A DNA stretch of 64,000 nucleotides from Trichormus sp. ATA11-4-KO1 (GTDB lineage Bacteria > Cyanobacteriota > Cyanobacteriia > Cyanobacteriales > Nostocaceae), in NCBI GenBank assembly GCA_019358915.1, contig JAHHIM010000036.1, forward strand, positions 384,001 through 448,000. The letters run 5' to 3'. The position numbers and the translations under genes were made by a program. Positions 1 to 10,543 of the stretch are shown piece after piece. The notes below the pieces were generated by a model. The model made no database searches. It was not told where the DNA came from and saw only the letters and a program-made list of their open reading frames with translations. Within the stretch, counting starts at the first letter, position 1; every line of letters starts with the position of its first letter.

Positions 1-278
1 ATCGGTGAGAGATTGACAGTACCGTATGTTCCACTACCGGCTAAAACTTCTCGTAAAAAAGTATCTTCCCAACTGGGGGGATTGGCAATAATGCGCGCAT
101 TTGCAGTGCCCAAAGCTACATCTGTAAGCATACAGAAAAAACGCGATCGCAATCCTTGCACAACTAAAAATTTACCCACCCGCATATCTTCAACGGAAAT
201 ATCAGGGTGTAATCGTACTTCTAATCCCCCAGTCAGAGAACCTTGTATTACCGAACCTAATGGTTGTGCCGAATTCAT
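1..278 (-). CDS. HerA/DUF87-type ATPase, N-terminal HAS-barrel part (runs off window edge)
   Basis: Manual translation from ATG at 278: MNSAQPLGSVIQGSLTGGLEVRLHPDISVEDMRVGKFLVVQGLRSRFFCMLTDV..., open to position 1; not in the ORF track. Confidence 0.7.
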   Translation of the reverse strand, partial: MNSAQPLGSVIQGSLTGGLEVRLHPDISVEDMRVGKFLVVQGLRSRFFCMLTDVALGTANARIIANPPSWEDTFLREVLAGSGTYGTVNLSP

Positions 279-406
279 TATGTTAAGTGCTTCCTTTCTG
301 TGTGCTGAGTGGAAGTAGAGAGACTGTCATCCTGTTGAGTGTTTATCTTATGTTGAATTGTAGTTTATTCTCCCTTATCCTCCTCATCTTCGGCACACCC
401 TATCAC

Positions 407-1198
407 TTATTCAATTTGAATAGAAGTAGGCGCACTTCCAGTTGGCGGTAAACCGATTAATGGTTTGCGAAATTGGGCATAGAGGCGATCGCGCCAAGCA
501 AAGAATGGTTCATAATCGGGATTATCTGCTAAACCCGGCACACCTTTGCCTCTAAGACCTGCTGGTAAATCCAAATAGGGGCCTTCGGGGAACTTCAGCA
601 ACATCGACAAACCTGCCACTGCTAAATCAGCTAAAGTAGGTTCATCTCCTGTTAAATAAGGACTATCCACTAACAATAGTGTCAGCGCTTCTAAGTCTTG
701 TTTTAAGTCCGCGATCGCTGATTTAATCACATCTGGACTATAACCCACCCCAAAGCCCAAAATAGTCAATAAGTCTCTAGGTACTCCTTCAACCAAATTT
801 TTTAGTATATCTGGTGTGGAGGTAGGTAATAAAGACTTACGGAAATTTTGGTCTTGACTAATGGTAGAAAAAAGAGAAGTTCTGCTTTTGACACCTATTG
901 ATTCATCTGCCCATTCCTCGATCAATAAGCATAAACCCCGTTTCTGAGAATCTTGGGGTATCAGTGGGCGCTCAGGATATTCTAAGTCTAAATACTTAGC
1001 TATTTCCGTGGAATCCACAATATATCTATTACCGTCCTTCAAAACGGGCACTTGTCTTTGACCAGTCAGCCGGAACAAATCTACTTGGCCAATTCCAGGT
1101 GTAACCTCTATTTTTCGGTAATCCAGCCCTTTATAATCTAGAATTAACCGTACTTTTTCTGAGTAATGAGATAGTTCCCATTGGTATAATTCCAGCAT
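407..1198 (-). CDS. glutathione S-transferase family protein
   Basis: N-terminal LYQWELSHYSEKVR, QVPVL and DSTEIAKYL motifs; C-terminal PTLADLAV. Confidence 0.92.
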   Translation of the reverse strand: MLELYQWELSHYSEKVRLILDYKGLDYRKIEVTPGIGQVDLFRLTGQRQVPVLKDGNRYIVDSTEIAKYLDLEYPERPLIPQDSQKRGLCLLIEEWADESIGVKSRTSLFSTISQDQNFRKSLLPTSTPDILKNLVEGVPRDLLTILGFGVGYSPDVIKSAIADLKQDLEALTLLLVDSPYLTGDEPTLADLAVAGLSMLLKFPEGPYLDLPAGLRGKGVPGLADNPDYEPFFAWRDRLYAQFRKPLIGLPPTGSAPTSIQIE

Positions 1199-1320
1199 AA
1201 TCTATACCTTTTAGCTGATTAATCGAACAACGCTTTTATTGTATCTTTACTTTATGTAACTTTCCGGGAAAATCCAGCAATTTATCTCCAAATTAATCGA
1301 TAAAAAAGTTAAATGCTTGG

Positions 1321-1815
1321 CTAATTTTCTGTGAATTCTTGTGTAAGTTCATCTATTTTTTGATATTTCATAAATACAACAAAACCCTTAAAATACTTCT
1401 TTCGCGCTTGAGATAGTCGAAATTTATATTGCAGCGCAGATGGTAAATCCTTGAATTTAACAGGTATAAATCCTTGTTTTATATAAAAATTTACTAGGCG
1501 ATGTTCTACACATTTTAGATAAAGAGGTTGAGTAGCTTGATTAATTAAATGTTGCGTCATAAAAGTTCCTAAACCTTGCTTTCGCCAAGCTGGCAGAACA
1601 AATAAACTACCTAATTCTTGTGCAAGATAAAAGTTTCTTAATTGTCCAATGGCTATCACACGGTTATCAATTTTAATTATCCAAAAGTTCTGCCATTTTA
1701 GTTGAGTAGGATCGAGCCAAGCTCGAAATACCAAAAATATTATTAACCATTTATCCTTAGGTTTGGCTCTACAAATAACACATGATTTCGGTAGTATGAA
1801 ATTATTGTGTTTCAT
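1321..1815 (-). CDS. GNAT family N-acetyltransferase
   Basis: LGSLFVLPAWRKQGLG acetyl-CoA motif and FYIKQGF. Confidence 0.85.
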   Translation of the reverse strand: MKHNNFILPKSCVICRAKPKDKWLIIFLVFRAWLDPTQLKWQNFWIIKIDNRVIAIGQLRNFYLAQELGSLFVLPAWRKQGLGTFMTQHLINQATQPLYLKCVEHRLVNFYIKQGFIPVKFKDLPSALQYKFRLSQARKKYFKGFVVFMKYQKIDELTQEFTEN

Positions 1816-1853
1816 TTATTTAATGTTCTTTGGTTAATTTACTTTTGTATAAG

Positions 1854-2010
1854 TAACGTGAATTCGATAGACCTCACCCCAACCCCTCTCCGACGCCCAG
1901 AGGGGCTTAAATATCCTTAATTACCAACGAAAAATCAAGGTTTCAAAGCCTCTCTCCTTGCAGGGGAGAGGTTTGGAGAGGGGTTTTTGATATTTGTCGA
2001 ACTCATGTTA
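1854..2010. mobile_element. MITE with 14-bp imperfect terminal inverted repeats (TIRs) ending in TA (IS630-like ends)
   Basis: TAACGTGAATTCGA ... TCGAACTCATGTTA; internal CCCCTCTCC/GGAGAGGGG hairpins; inverted second copy at 19609-19880. Confidence 0.75.
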
Positions 2011-2065
2011 AATTAATAGAAATTGTCAATTTTAGCAACTTTAAGTATTGATAGATAATTTTTAT

Positions 2066-2100
2066 AAAAAATTCCCTAACCAGACTTACTGGTAGGGAAA
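2066..2100 (-). terminator. probable intrinsic terminator of the cNMP/4Fe-4S gene
   Basis: Minus strand TTCCCTACCAG-TAAGT-CTGGTTAGGGAA followed by a T run. Confidence 0.55.
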
Positions 2101-2182
2101 AATGATTAAAAATATTCATTGTATCCTCAACAACTTGATTCTGTCTAAATGAAAAAAGCTATACCTTAGCTAGCGCTTTTTG

Positions 2183-5053
2183 CTATAAAGTTTGAAACGA
2201 TCGCATAAATCTCTGGAGTTGCCGACTTTCCATCTCCAAAACACGCCGAGCAAAATCGTGATCGAGATCCAGAAAATCATCAAAGGCATCAACAGAAACT
2301 GCTAAAATGCGCGTGATTTTATTGTCAGCAATAATGGTGTTTTTTGAGTCACTATGCGCCAAGACTTCTAACTCATCTAGGGTTTGCCCTGGGTGAAGTT
2401 TCTCTACTCGCACCTCCTCGTTGTGTAAATAGAAGTGAATTTTGGCATCTCCTTCAATTAATAACAGCAATTCTCGGCAAGTATCGCCTGCTTCTGTAAT
2501 CACCTCGTTGGTGGAGTAGGTTCTGACTTCGGAGCGCTCGGCGAGAGCAATTAAGGTTTCGCTGTGCATTCGGTGAAAGAAATCACTATTGAATAGATGC
2601 ACTACTTTCTCCAACATGGGAAATGTTGTTAGAGGTAGATCCGGCTCAGATAGGGATAGAAGAATTTTGGCAGTTTCTTGAAATAAAGGTGAGTTGTGGA
2701 CATTAGAAAAATCACGGGCGATCGCTTTACTTTGCTCAAGGTCAAGTTGGGCAATGATGTAAAGGCAGGCTGTGGGAATCAGGGGATTTTGATCGTGTAG
2801 CAGAGGTGCCAAAGACCTCAAGATTGCTTCAGGAGAATCATCTAGTGAGCAAGTACTGGATTGTCCTGGTAGTGGAGTTAAATTCTGCAAGACATCTGGA
2901 TGAAGCCGAACGCGCCAGTTCTCAAGTTCTAACAGCTCTGCCAAAACTGCTGGTGCTAACTGTCCTAACGATTCGGCAAGAGCGATCGCCCCTGAGTCAG
3001 TTTGCAGTGTTTCCAGCGTTTCGAGAATGGTTCGCACAATCAATTGCTTCTTGTGATGAATACTGTCTCGCAATAGCATCAAAACTGCTCTGTACTTGTG
3101 TAGCATCGGTTGATGAAGTGCGCGATAGCAGGAAATTAAAGTGGGCAATTGGGCAAGCAGAAATTCAGCTCTCCGAAGGTTCCCAGCTTCAGGAGAAATG
3201 CCGCTCAAAATCCAGGCTTCTTCCTTAGCGGTGATTGAATATTGGCGACGCAAGGCACGAATTTCGGCTGCGTTTTCTCCCATCAACGTATTCAAAGCAC
3301 TGCTGCTGAAACTGCCAATTTGTTTTTTCTGCAATAACATCAGTCGCTCCAGCGATTTGCGGTAGCCACTCAAGCGAATTTGATTCTCTAAACTTCGTTG
3401 ACGAGAGGGATTGAGTAGTTCTGGATCTTCAATGCCCAGTTCTTCCAACACCTCCCGGTGTTCATCATCAGTAATGCTTAATTCCTGCCGCAATTGCTGC
3501 AAAACTTCTAAGCTACTGGAGTAGTTGATGTATCCTTCTTCCAATGCTTCTCGAACAACGCCCTTATACGCTTCATGCCGCTTCTCTCTGGTAAAACCTG
3601 GCAGAACTCGTGCCAAAATGTAGACTTCATGTGTGTTCAAATCACTCAAGGAACGTCCTTCTAAGAACTGGGAAATATTCAGCTGCAATTTCTCTAACTG
3701 CTTGCGGAAACGACTAGCTAAATTTTCTCTCGAATACAGTTCAGGGTTGCGCTGCCAGGTTTTATAGAGCCAAAGCGTACTCAGCAACACAAGACCCAAA
3801 TCATAAATGTATTGACCCCAAAGCGGCAGCAGTTGAACTAAAGGACGACCACCAAAAATAAAGAAGAAATTAAAAATTCCAAAGGTACAAAGCGTAAAAA
3901 TTCGATGTCGAATGATTTCTGAACTCAATTTCAGATCGTGATTCCGGCTATAAGCTTTTGCCCGTTGTTCCATCCAACGACCTAACTGATAGCCGACCAC
4001 GGTAGTAGCACCTAATGTGAGAGGAACAGCAATCAGCTTAGGAATATTAATCGCTTGGCCAAATAGATAGAATCCGGGACTCAATAATGATGCTAGTTGG
4101 TCGGTTTGCCGTACCCATGCACCAGAAAAGTAATAGTTCCAATTGCCTGCATACAGATAGTAGTAGACAAAATAGCCAATGACTAACCCTACATAGCCGT
4201 ATCGCAGCCATGATTCTTCCGGTTTATTCAAACCATCCCAGTAGGCTCGCTCAGAGTCGATATCAATACAGGGATTTTGACAGGCCACACAGGCGCTCTG
4301 CTCTTTGCCATCCGGTAAAACTGTACGGCACATGGATTGAGTAATCATCTGTTCGCTGGTATGAGCTTTACTGCCGAATAACCCTCCTGGCTCGCTATAA
4401 ATGCGTTGCACTGGAGCCATGGGGCAGAAGTAATTACACCAGGATTTACCACTGTAAAGATAGCCAACGGTAATAGCAGATGCGATCGTCAATAGTAGCC
4501 ACAATGCCAGAACTAGGCGATCGGCATTAAAAAACAAAATCCGTCCGCATAATCCGACAAAGAACCAGCCAAACTGGACGTAGGGATAATTTTTCCCCAA
4601 CCAGGAATCTGACTTTACTTTTGCTAGTTCATAGCGGACTTTACCTGTCTTGGCATTTTCCCGTTTGAATTGCCGTTGCCAACCCAATGCTCGAGGAATT
4701 TGAGACAAAAAGGATAAGGGGCAAATGCGTCGCCATAATTCATGTCCAAACACCAATAAAATGAAAATCGCCGCAGGCACGATCGCTCCCCAAAACAAAG
4801 TAGTACCCAAAGGATAGGGCTGTTCAACTAAGCATTGTCCTTGTACTGCAATACACTCATCTGGCAACCGTAAAGGACTCCAAGGATGATTGGGCGTTGT
4901 TAGTGCCACAGTCCAAGGATCGGAGAATAACGATGCAATGATTAACAGCCATGCGATCGTCAGTATCCAACGAATCCAGTGCATTCGCCGCTCAGAGAGT
5001 TGTGCAAACGCAAAAATAGATAAACTTTTGTTGAAGAAAGATTCCTTGTTCAT
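2183..5053 (-). CDS. membrane protein with 4Fe-4S (polyferredoxin-like) motifs and a C-terminal cyclic-nucleotide-binding domain
   Basis: Multiple TM segments; WRRICP, WCNYFCP and CVACQNPCIDID Cys motifs; C-terminal EAGDTCRELLLLIEG...PGQTLDELEVL cNMP fold; start uncertain (5053, or later near FAQLSERRMH). Confidence 0.8.
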   Translation of the reverse strand: MNKESFFNKSLSIFAFAQLSERRMHWIRWILTIAWLLIIASLFSDPWTVALTTPNHPWSPLRLPDECIAVQGQCLVEQPYPLGTTLFWGAIVPAAIFILLVFGHELWRRICPLSFLSQIPRALGWQRQFKRENAKTGKVRYELAKVKSDSWLGKNYPYVQFGWFFVGLCGRILFFNADRLVLALWLLLTIASAITVGYLYSGKSWCNYFCPMAPVQRIYSEPGGLFGSKAHTSEQMITQSMCRTVLPDGKEQSACVACQNPCIDIDSERAYWDGLNKPEESWLRYGYVGLVIGYFVYYYLYAGNWNYYFSGAWVRQTDQLASLLSPGFYLFGQAINIPKLIAVPLTLGATTVVGYQLGRWMEQRAKAYSRNHDLKLSSEIIRHRIFTLCTFGIFNFFFIFGGRPLVQLLPLWGQYIYDLGLVLLSTLWLYKTWQRNPELYSRENLASRFRKQLEKLQLNISQFLEGRSLSDLNTHEVYILARVLPGFTREKRHEAYKGVVREALEEGYINYSSSLEVLQQLRQELSITDDEHREVLEELGIEDPELLNPSRQRSLENQIRLSGYRKSLERLMLLQKKQIGSFSSSALNTLMGENAAEIRALRRQYSITAKEEAWILSGISPEAGNLRRAEFLLAQLPTLISCYRALHQPMLHKYRAVLMLLRDSIHHKKQLIVRTILETLETLQTDSGAIALAESLGQLAPAVLAELLELENWRVRLHPDVLQNLTPLPGQSSTCSLDDSPEAILRSLAPLLHDQNPLIPTACLYIIAQLDLEQSKAIARDFSNVHNSPLFQETAKILLSLSEPDLPLTTFPMLEKVVHLFNSDFFHRMHSETLIALAERSEVRTYSTNEVITEAGDTCRELLLLIEGDAKIHFYLHNEEVRVEKLHPGQTLDELEVLAHSDSKNTIIADNKITRILAVSVDAFDDFLDLDHDFARRVLEMESRQLQRFMRSFQTL

Positions 5054-5214
5054 ATGACAGTTCTGGGTGCGGAATGTGGGATTTAACGAAATCGCATTGC
5101 TTCCGTGTCGAAATCCCGTTTGCGGAGCGCCAGCCCCGCACATCAGGGAGCAACCAGGAAAGCCAAGAAGTGATTCTTGGATATCTGATACTGAATCATT
5201 CAGAGTGAGAGGTA

Positions 5215-6081
5215 TCAGCCCACATCATCATGGGCAAACCTGTTAAAGAGAAAATCTAGGGCATAATTACGTAGTTTATAGTATTGTGGATCTTCCATGA
5301 TCAGGGCGCGATCGCGTGGGCGAGAAAAGGGAATTTCCAATACTTCACCGATTTTGGCGTGGGGGCCGTTAGTCATCATTACCAATTTGTCAGCTAAAAA
5401 TAGCGCCTCATCAATATCGTGAGTAATCATTAATACTGTGCAGCGATTTTCATTCCAAATCTTCAACAGTTCTTCTTGTAATTCCTCTTTGGTAATGGCA
5501 TCCAATGCACCGAAAGGTTCATCTAAAATCAGGACTTTGGGACGAATTGCCAAAGCACGGGCAATGGAAACCCGTTGTCTCATACCGCCGGACATTTGCA
5601 GAGGTTTTTTTTCCATAGCGTCAGCTAGTCCCACCATTGCCAAATGTTCCCGCACAATCGCCCTTTTCTCTGGTTCTGGCTTGTGGGGATAAACGGCGTT
5701 CACAGCTAAGTAGATATTTTCAAATGCAGTTCGCCAAGGAAGCAGGGCATAGTTTTGAAACACCACCATTCTATCTGGCCCTGGTTTGGTGATTGGTTGA
5801 CCTTCCAGTAATACTTGCCCGGAGGTAGGAAAGTTAAAACCCGACACCATATTTAGCAGTGTCGATTTACCACAGCCAGAGTGACCGATGACGCAGATAA
5901 ATTCACCCTTTTCTACATTTAAGTTAACGCCATCAAGGACGGTGAAGGGGCCTTTCTTGGTGGGATAGACTTTGGTAACGTCTTTAATTTCGAGGAAAGG
6001 TCTGCTATTGGTTGCAATTGCTGATAGTTGTTCTTGTCTGTTTTTGGTGGTTTCGGTAACACTAAATCTGCGGTTTTGCAT
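5215..6081 (-). CDS. cmpD: bicarbonate ABC transporter ATP-binding subunit
   Basis: GHSGCGKST, MSGGMRQR and ILDEPFGALD; last gene of the cmp operon. Confidence 0.88.
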   Translation of the reverse strand: MQNRRFSVTETTKNRQEQLSAIATNSRPFLEIKDVTKVYPTKKGPFTVLDGVNLNVEKGEFICVIGHSGCGKSTLLNMVSGFNFPTSGQVLLEGQPITKPGPDRMVVFQNYALLPWRTAFENIYLAVNAVYPHKPEPEKRAIVREHLAMVGLADAMEKKPLQMSGGMRQRVSIARALAIRPKVLILDEPFGALDAITKEELQEELLKIWNENRCTVLMITHDIDEALFLADKLVMMTNGPHAKIGEVLEIPFSRPRDRALIMEDPQYYKLRNYALDFLFNRFAHDDVG

Positions 6082-6110
6082 GGTTGGGGAGTGGGGGAAA
6101 AATTATTTTT

Positions 6111-6215
6111 GGTGTTGCATATTTGTAGGGTGATTTTGTTGGTTTTGGGGGATGGGCATCTTGCCTGTTCCTTTGATTTCTGGATGCCTACCCCACAAAA
6201 ATCATCCCTATTCAC
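6111..6215. repeat. MITE/REP-like element between cmpC and cmpD
   Basis: GGTGTTGCATATTTGTAGGGTGA end and GGGCATCTTGCC...ATGCCTACCCCACAA hairpin, shared with 27164-27317. Confidence 0.6.
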
Positions 6216-6224
6216 ACATGATAT

Positions 6225-8228
6225 TTACGCAACTCTTCTTGTCGGCGAGTCGAGGATAACTTCCGCAATGGAGAAATCACGCTTAATTTGCAAGCTGTTG
6301 AGATAGGCTATGGGGTCATCGGCGTTAAAGGGAGTCCCATCAAAAAGCTGAATGGGTTGGCGAGTATAGTTGATATCTAGTCCTAATTCTCTGGCGGCGG
6401 TACTGAAGACGCGCACACGGCAAACCCGTTCTACAACTTCTACCCAGTTTCTGGGGAAAGGTGTGTCACCCCAACGCGCTAACTGACTCATAATCCAGAT
6501 TTGTTCGGTACGACTGGGGCGGTTGATGGCTGACTGGGCAAAAAACTGGTGGTGGGCGTAGTCTTGCAATGGATGGTCTAAGTCACAGGTAAGGTTATTG
6601 GGGTCTTCCAGTTGGATGTAATCTAAATCAGTGCTGACGTAATCTCTACCTGCCACAATTGTTCTGACTTCTTCGGCATTTTCTGGTCTAGAACAGTATT
6701 CACAGGCTTCCAGCAAAGCTTTAGTCAAGGCAATATGGGTGTTAGGATACCTTTCTGCCCATTCTTCCCGCACACCGAGGACTTTACCCGGATGTCCCAA
6801 CCACACTTCCAAGTCGGTAGCAATAGTAAAGCCTACACCTTCCACGGCGGCGCGGTAGTTCCAAGGTTCACCCACGCAATAACCATCAATACTTTTGTTT
6901 TGCAAGTCGGCTACCATCTGGGCGGGGGGAATGGTCTTCATGTCCACATCTAAATCGGGGTCAATACCACCAGCCGCTAACCAGTAACGCAGTAGTAAGT
7001 TGTGCATAGATGCGGGATGGACTACCCCCATTGTGTGGCGTTGGTCGCGGGTACGCAGCAGGTAATTTTTGAAGTCCGATAAGGTGCGGACACCTTGATC
7101 ATAAAAGCGTTTTGCCAAGGTGATGGCATTACCGTTGCGGGTCATGGTAAGGGCGGTGGCAACAGGGAGAGGTCGGTTATCATGTCCTCCCAGTGTTAAC
7201 CACATGGGCATTCCTGAAGGCATTTGAGCTGCATCGAGATAACCGCCACTTATGCCATCGACGATACCCCGCCAGCTAGTTTCCCGCACGAGGTTGACTT
7301 CATCTAAACCATACTTGATGAAGAAACCTTTTTCTTTGGCAATGGCTAAGGGGGCGCAAGCAGTCAAGGGTAAGAAGCCAATTTCTAAGTTAACTTTTTC
7401 TAACCCATGACGAGAGACATCTGCGGTTTTGCGGGCGCGAATTTTCTTTACTCGTTTTTGCTGGTTGAGGAAGTAAATCATCTCACTCCGCAAACTGTAG
7501 TAGCTGGGATGTTCTACTACTTCCATGCGTTTGCGGGGTCTGGGAATATCTACTTCGAGGATGTCACCAATTTTGGATTCGGGGCCGTTGGTGAGCATGA
7601 CAATTTTGTCAGACAACAACACTGCTTCATCTACGTCGTGAGTCACCATGACTGCCGTGACTTCATTTTCTTCGCAGATTTGCATTAACTGTTCTTGCAA
7701 GTTACCCCTAGTGAGGGCATCCAACGCGCCAAAGGGTTCATCTAATAGTAGTAGTTTAGGACGAATGGCTAAGGCACGGGCGATCGCAACTCGTTGTTTT
7801 TGTCCACCTGATAACATACCCGGCTGTTTATCTGCATGGGGACGCAAACCCACCATATCTAGATGTTTTTCTACAATCGTTTTGCGTTCAGCTTCTGGTA
7901 TTCCCTTCATAACTGAGTTTACAGCCAAGGAAATATTTTCTCTCACCGTCCGCCAAGGCAACAAAGAATAATTTTGGAAGACCACCATCCGGTCTGGTCC
8001 TGGTTTAGTTATTCTCTGTCCTTCCAGTGTCACTATACCTTCAGTTGGTAAATCCAACCCAGCAATCATATTTAATAAAGTGGATTTACCACAACCGGAG
8101 TGACCAATCAAAGAAACAAATTCACCTTTTTTAATCTGGAGGTTAATTCCTTTGATGGCAATATATTTACCACCGCCGGTTAACTCAAAAACTTTTTCAA
8201 TTTGGTCAACAGCAACGAATACTGACAT
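6225..8228 (-). CDS. cmpC: bicarbonate ABC transporter ATP-binding subunit with fused substrate-binding-like domain
   Basis: Likely true start MSVFVAVDQ at 8228; ABC domain plus NrtA/CmpA-like C-terminal domain. Confidence 0.9.
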   Translation of the reverse strand: MSVFVAVDQIEKVFELTGGGKYIAIKGINLQIKKGEFVSLIGHSGCGKSTLLNMIAGLDLPTEGIVTLEGQRITKPGPDRMVVFQNYSLLPWRTVRENISLAVNSVMKGIPEAERKTIVEKHLDMVGLRPHADKQPGMLSGGQKQRVAIARALAIRPKLLLLDEPFGALDALTRGNLQEQLMQICEENEVTAVMVTHDVDEAVLLSDKIVMLTNGPESKIGDILEVDIPRPRKRMEVVEHPSYYSLRSEMIYFLNQQKRVKKIRARKTADVSRHGLEKVNLEIGFLPLTACAPLAIAKEKGFFIKYGLDEVNLVRETSWRGIVDGISGGYLDAAQMPSGMPMWLTLGGHDNRPLPVATALTMTRNGNAITLAKRFYDQGVRTLSDFKNYLLRTRDQRHTMGVVHPASMHNLLLRYWLAAGGIDPDLDVDMKTIPPAQMVADLQNKSIDGYCVGEPWNYRAAVEGVGFTIATDLEVWLGHPGKVLGVREEWAERYPNTHIALTKALLEACEYCSRPENAEEVRTIVAGRDYVSTDLDYIQLEDPNNLTCDLDHPLQDYAHHQFFAQSAINRPSRTEQIWIMSQLARWGDTPFPRNWVEVVERVCRVRVFSTAARELGLDINYTRQPIQLFDGTPFNADDPIAYLNSLQIKRDFSIAEVILDSPTRRVA

Positions 8229-8282
8229 AGGGGATTGGGGATTAGGGATTGCTCTGTAACCTATAACCTGTAACCTGTAACC
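8229..8282. repeat. short tandemly repeated repetitive (STRR) heptamers
   Basis: GGGATTG-type and TAACCTG-type 7-mers between the cmpB stop and cmpC start. Confidence 0.75.
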
Positions 8283-9121
8283 TACTTTTGTTCTGCTGGT
8301 AAAATTAGGTTTTGAATCCAAGCCATGAGTTTGTCTAGTAACAAACCCACTGCACCGATGTAGACTAGTGCCAAGATAATTTCGCTGATGTAGTTGTTCT
8401 GGTAGGCATCCCAGATGAAGAAACCGATACCTACGATACCTGACATGACGATTTCGGCAGCGATAATTGCCAACCAAGCTAAACCAATCGCAATTCTTAA
8501 ACCTGTAAAAATGTAAGGTAAAGCAGCAGGAATCAGAATGTTCAAGAAATAATCTTTTCGGGAAAGTTGCAGCACTTTGGCAACGTTGTTATAGTCTTGA
8601 GGAATTTCTTTGACACCTACAGCCGTGTTAATGAGAATTGGCCAAATTGCGGTGATAAATATGACAAACAGCGCGGCGGGTTCATTTTGGCGTAAGGCTG
8701 CTAAGGAAATAGGCACCCAAGCTAACGGCGGGACAGTTCGCAATAACTGAAACAGAGGATCTAAAGCTTTAGACATGGTTTTATTAACACCAATGACAAT
8801 GCCTAAAGCAATACCAAATACGGCAGCCAAAGAGTAACCAATAGCTACTCGTTGCAGACTAGCCCAAATCTGCCAAAATAATCCTTTATCAATGCCGCCT
8901 TTGTCATAAAAGGGATATAAAATCAAAATCCAAGTATCTTGTACAACCTTAATTGGCCCTGGTAATGTCGCGCCAGGAGTCCATGAAAATAGTTGCCAGA
9001 TAACTAGAAAAATTGCGATCGCGATAAATGGTGGGACAAGCTCAGGAAATTGTTTTTGCAATCGAGATATGAAACTGTTATCTAATTTAGAGGTGCCTGG
9101 TCTTCGTTGAGCGAGTGTCAT
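8282..9121 (-). CDS. cmpB: bicarbonate ABC transporter permease
   Basis: YPFYDKGGIDKGLFWQ and AAEIVMSGIVGIGFFIWDAYQ, CmpB-type signatures. Confidence 0.88.
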   Translation of the reverse strand: MTLAQRRPGTSKLDNSFISRLQKQFPELVPPFIAIAIFLVIWQLFSWTPGATLPGPIKVVQDTWILILYPFYDKGGIDKGLFWQIWASLQRVAIGYSLAAVFGIALGIVIGVNKTMSKALDPLFQLLRTVPPLAWVPISLAALRQNEPAALFVIFITAIWPILINTAVGVKEIPQDYNNVAKVLQLSRKDYFLNILIPAALPYIFTGLRIAIGLAWLAIIAAEIVMSGIVGIGFFIWDAYQNNYISEIILALVYIGAVGLLLDKLMAWIQNLILPAEQK

Positions 9122-9142
9122 GAATTTTGTTCTCCGATTCTC

Positions 9143-10543
9143 TTATGCGATATATTGTGTCTCGATTGACTGACTAACTTTTTTAATTTGCAGACTCTTG
9201 AGATATGCTTCTGGGTTTTCTGGGTCAAATTTTGCCCCATCAAAAAATTCTTCTACACCACGGGATGTGTTTGTGGGAATATCAGCCGCCGCAATTCCTG
9301 CTTCTTTTGCAGCTTCTTTCCAAATGTCCTCACGGTTAACTTTATCGATTAATGCTCTAGCCTTGGCGGCGTTATTATCAATGTAATCTTTGGGCAAAAA
9401 TCCCCAACGCACACTTTCGGTAATAAACCATAAATCATGGCTCTTGTAAGGATAAGAAACGCTGCCTTTTTCATCTTTCCAATACAAAGCTGCCATTGAT
9501 TTATCATCAATTTGACGACCTTCACCCATATCGTATTTACCCATAAATGGGTCAATTAAAACATCAACTGGCACGTTAAAGTAAGCCCGTTCTGCCAAAA
9601 TGTTCGCCATTTCTTGGCGGTTATCAAAGTTATCGCACCATTGTTGAGCTTCCATGATGCCTTTTAATAGTGCTTTTGTCGCTTTGGGATGTTGATCAAC
9701 CCAGTCAGCCCTCATAGCGAGATATTCTTCGGGGTGATTCTTCCAAATTTCTGCTGTTAATGCAGCCATGAAGCCAACTTTGTCTTTGACGATGCGGAAA
9801 GGCCAGGGATCGCCAGTGCTGAAGGCATCCATTGTCCCTGTCTTCATATTGGCGACGGTTTGCGCTGATGGGACTGTGAGCAATTTCACGTCTGCATCGG
9901 GGTCAATACCACCGGCTGCTAACCAGTAGCGAATCCAGAAATCTTGGTTAACGGCGGGGAAGGTTTGGGCGGCTGTAAAAGGCGTGGGTGAGGCTTTGAG
10001 TTTGGAGAATAAAGACTTAGCACTAGCTAGGTTTAAGCCTATACCGCTACCTTGGTGTTTGTTGGCGATCGCAATTCCATTCCCATGTGTAATTAATTGA
10101 CATAATACATACATGGGAATCTTCTGATTGCCTTTAGTAATTAAACCTTCAGTAATTAAATGTGGCATGGGCATTTGCCATTGACCACCATCAATTCCAC
10201 CACCAGCCGAACCAATTTCTACGTTATCTCTAGCAGCACCCCAAGAAGCTTGTTTAGAAAGCTCTACATCGGTCAGTCCATACTTAGCAAAAAAGCCTTT
10301 TTCTTTGGCAATAATTAAAGGTGCAGCTTCCACAATGGGAATATATCCCAACTTAACTGTGGTGACTTCTGGTGCTTGTTCTGCGCTGATATTAGCCGCA
10401 GGTTGAGCAGTTGGCAAAGATTGCGTACCTCCTGTATTTTCCGGTGGATTTCCTAAACAACCTTTGAGGAACACAGCACTTGCCGATACTCCTGCTGTTG
10501 TTATAAATTTACGGCGAGAAATTTGATTAAAAAACTCTGTCAT
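9143..10543 (-). CDS. cmpA: bicarbonate-binding lipoprotein
   Basis: SRRKF signal with LKGC lipobox; GGQWQMPMP and HPEEY motifs typical of CmpA rather than NrtA. Confidence 0.9.
   Translation of the reverse strand: MTEFFNQISRRKFITTAGVSASAVFLKGCLGNPPENTGGTQSLPTAQPAANISAEQAPEVTTVKLGYIPIVEAAPLIIAKEKGFFAKYGLTDVELSKQASWGAARDNVEIGSAGGGIDGGQWQMPMPHLITEGLITKGNQKIPMYVLCQLITHGNGIAIANKHQGSGIGLNLASAKSLFSKLKASPTPFTAAQTFPAVNQDFWIRYWLAAGGIDPDADVKLLTVPSAQTVANMKTGTMDAFSTGDPWPFRIVKDKVGFMAALTAEIWKNHPEEYLAMRADWVDQHPKATKALLKGIMEAQQWCDNFDNRQEMANILAERAYFNVPVDVLIDPFMGKYDMGEGRQIDDKSMAALYWKDEKGSVSYPYKSHDLWFITESVRWGFLPKDYIDNNAAKARALIDKVNREDIWKEAAKEAGIAAADIPTNTSRGVEEFFDGAKFDPENPEAYLKSLQIKKVSQSIETQYIA

Noticed and set aside
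13..318. 101-aa plus-strand ORF
   Set aside because: Antisense shadow of the HerA-like gene; no recognisable motif
8229..8477. N-terminal extension of CmpC in the ORF track
   Set aside because: Overlaps cmpB and translates STRR repeats; homology starts at MSVFVAV
5215..10543. Calling the operon nrtABCD (nitrate transport)
   Set aside because: Cmp[15 protein letters not shown] and CmpB EIVMSGIVG signatures are present, and nirA and narB are absent
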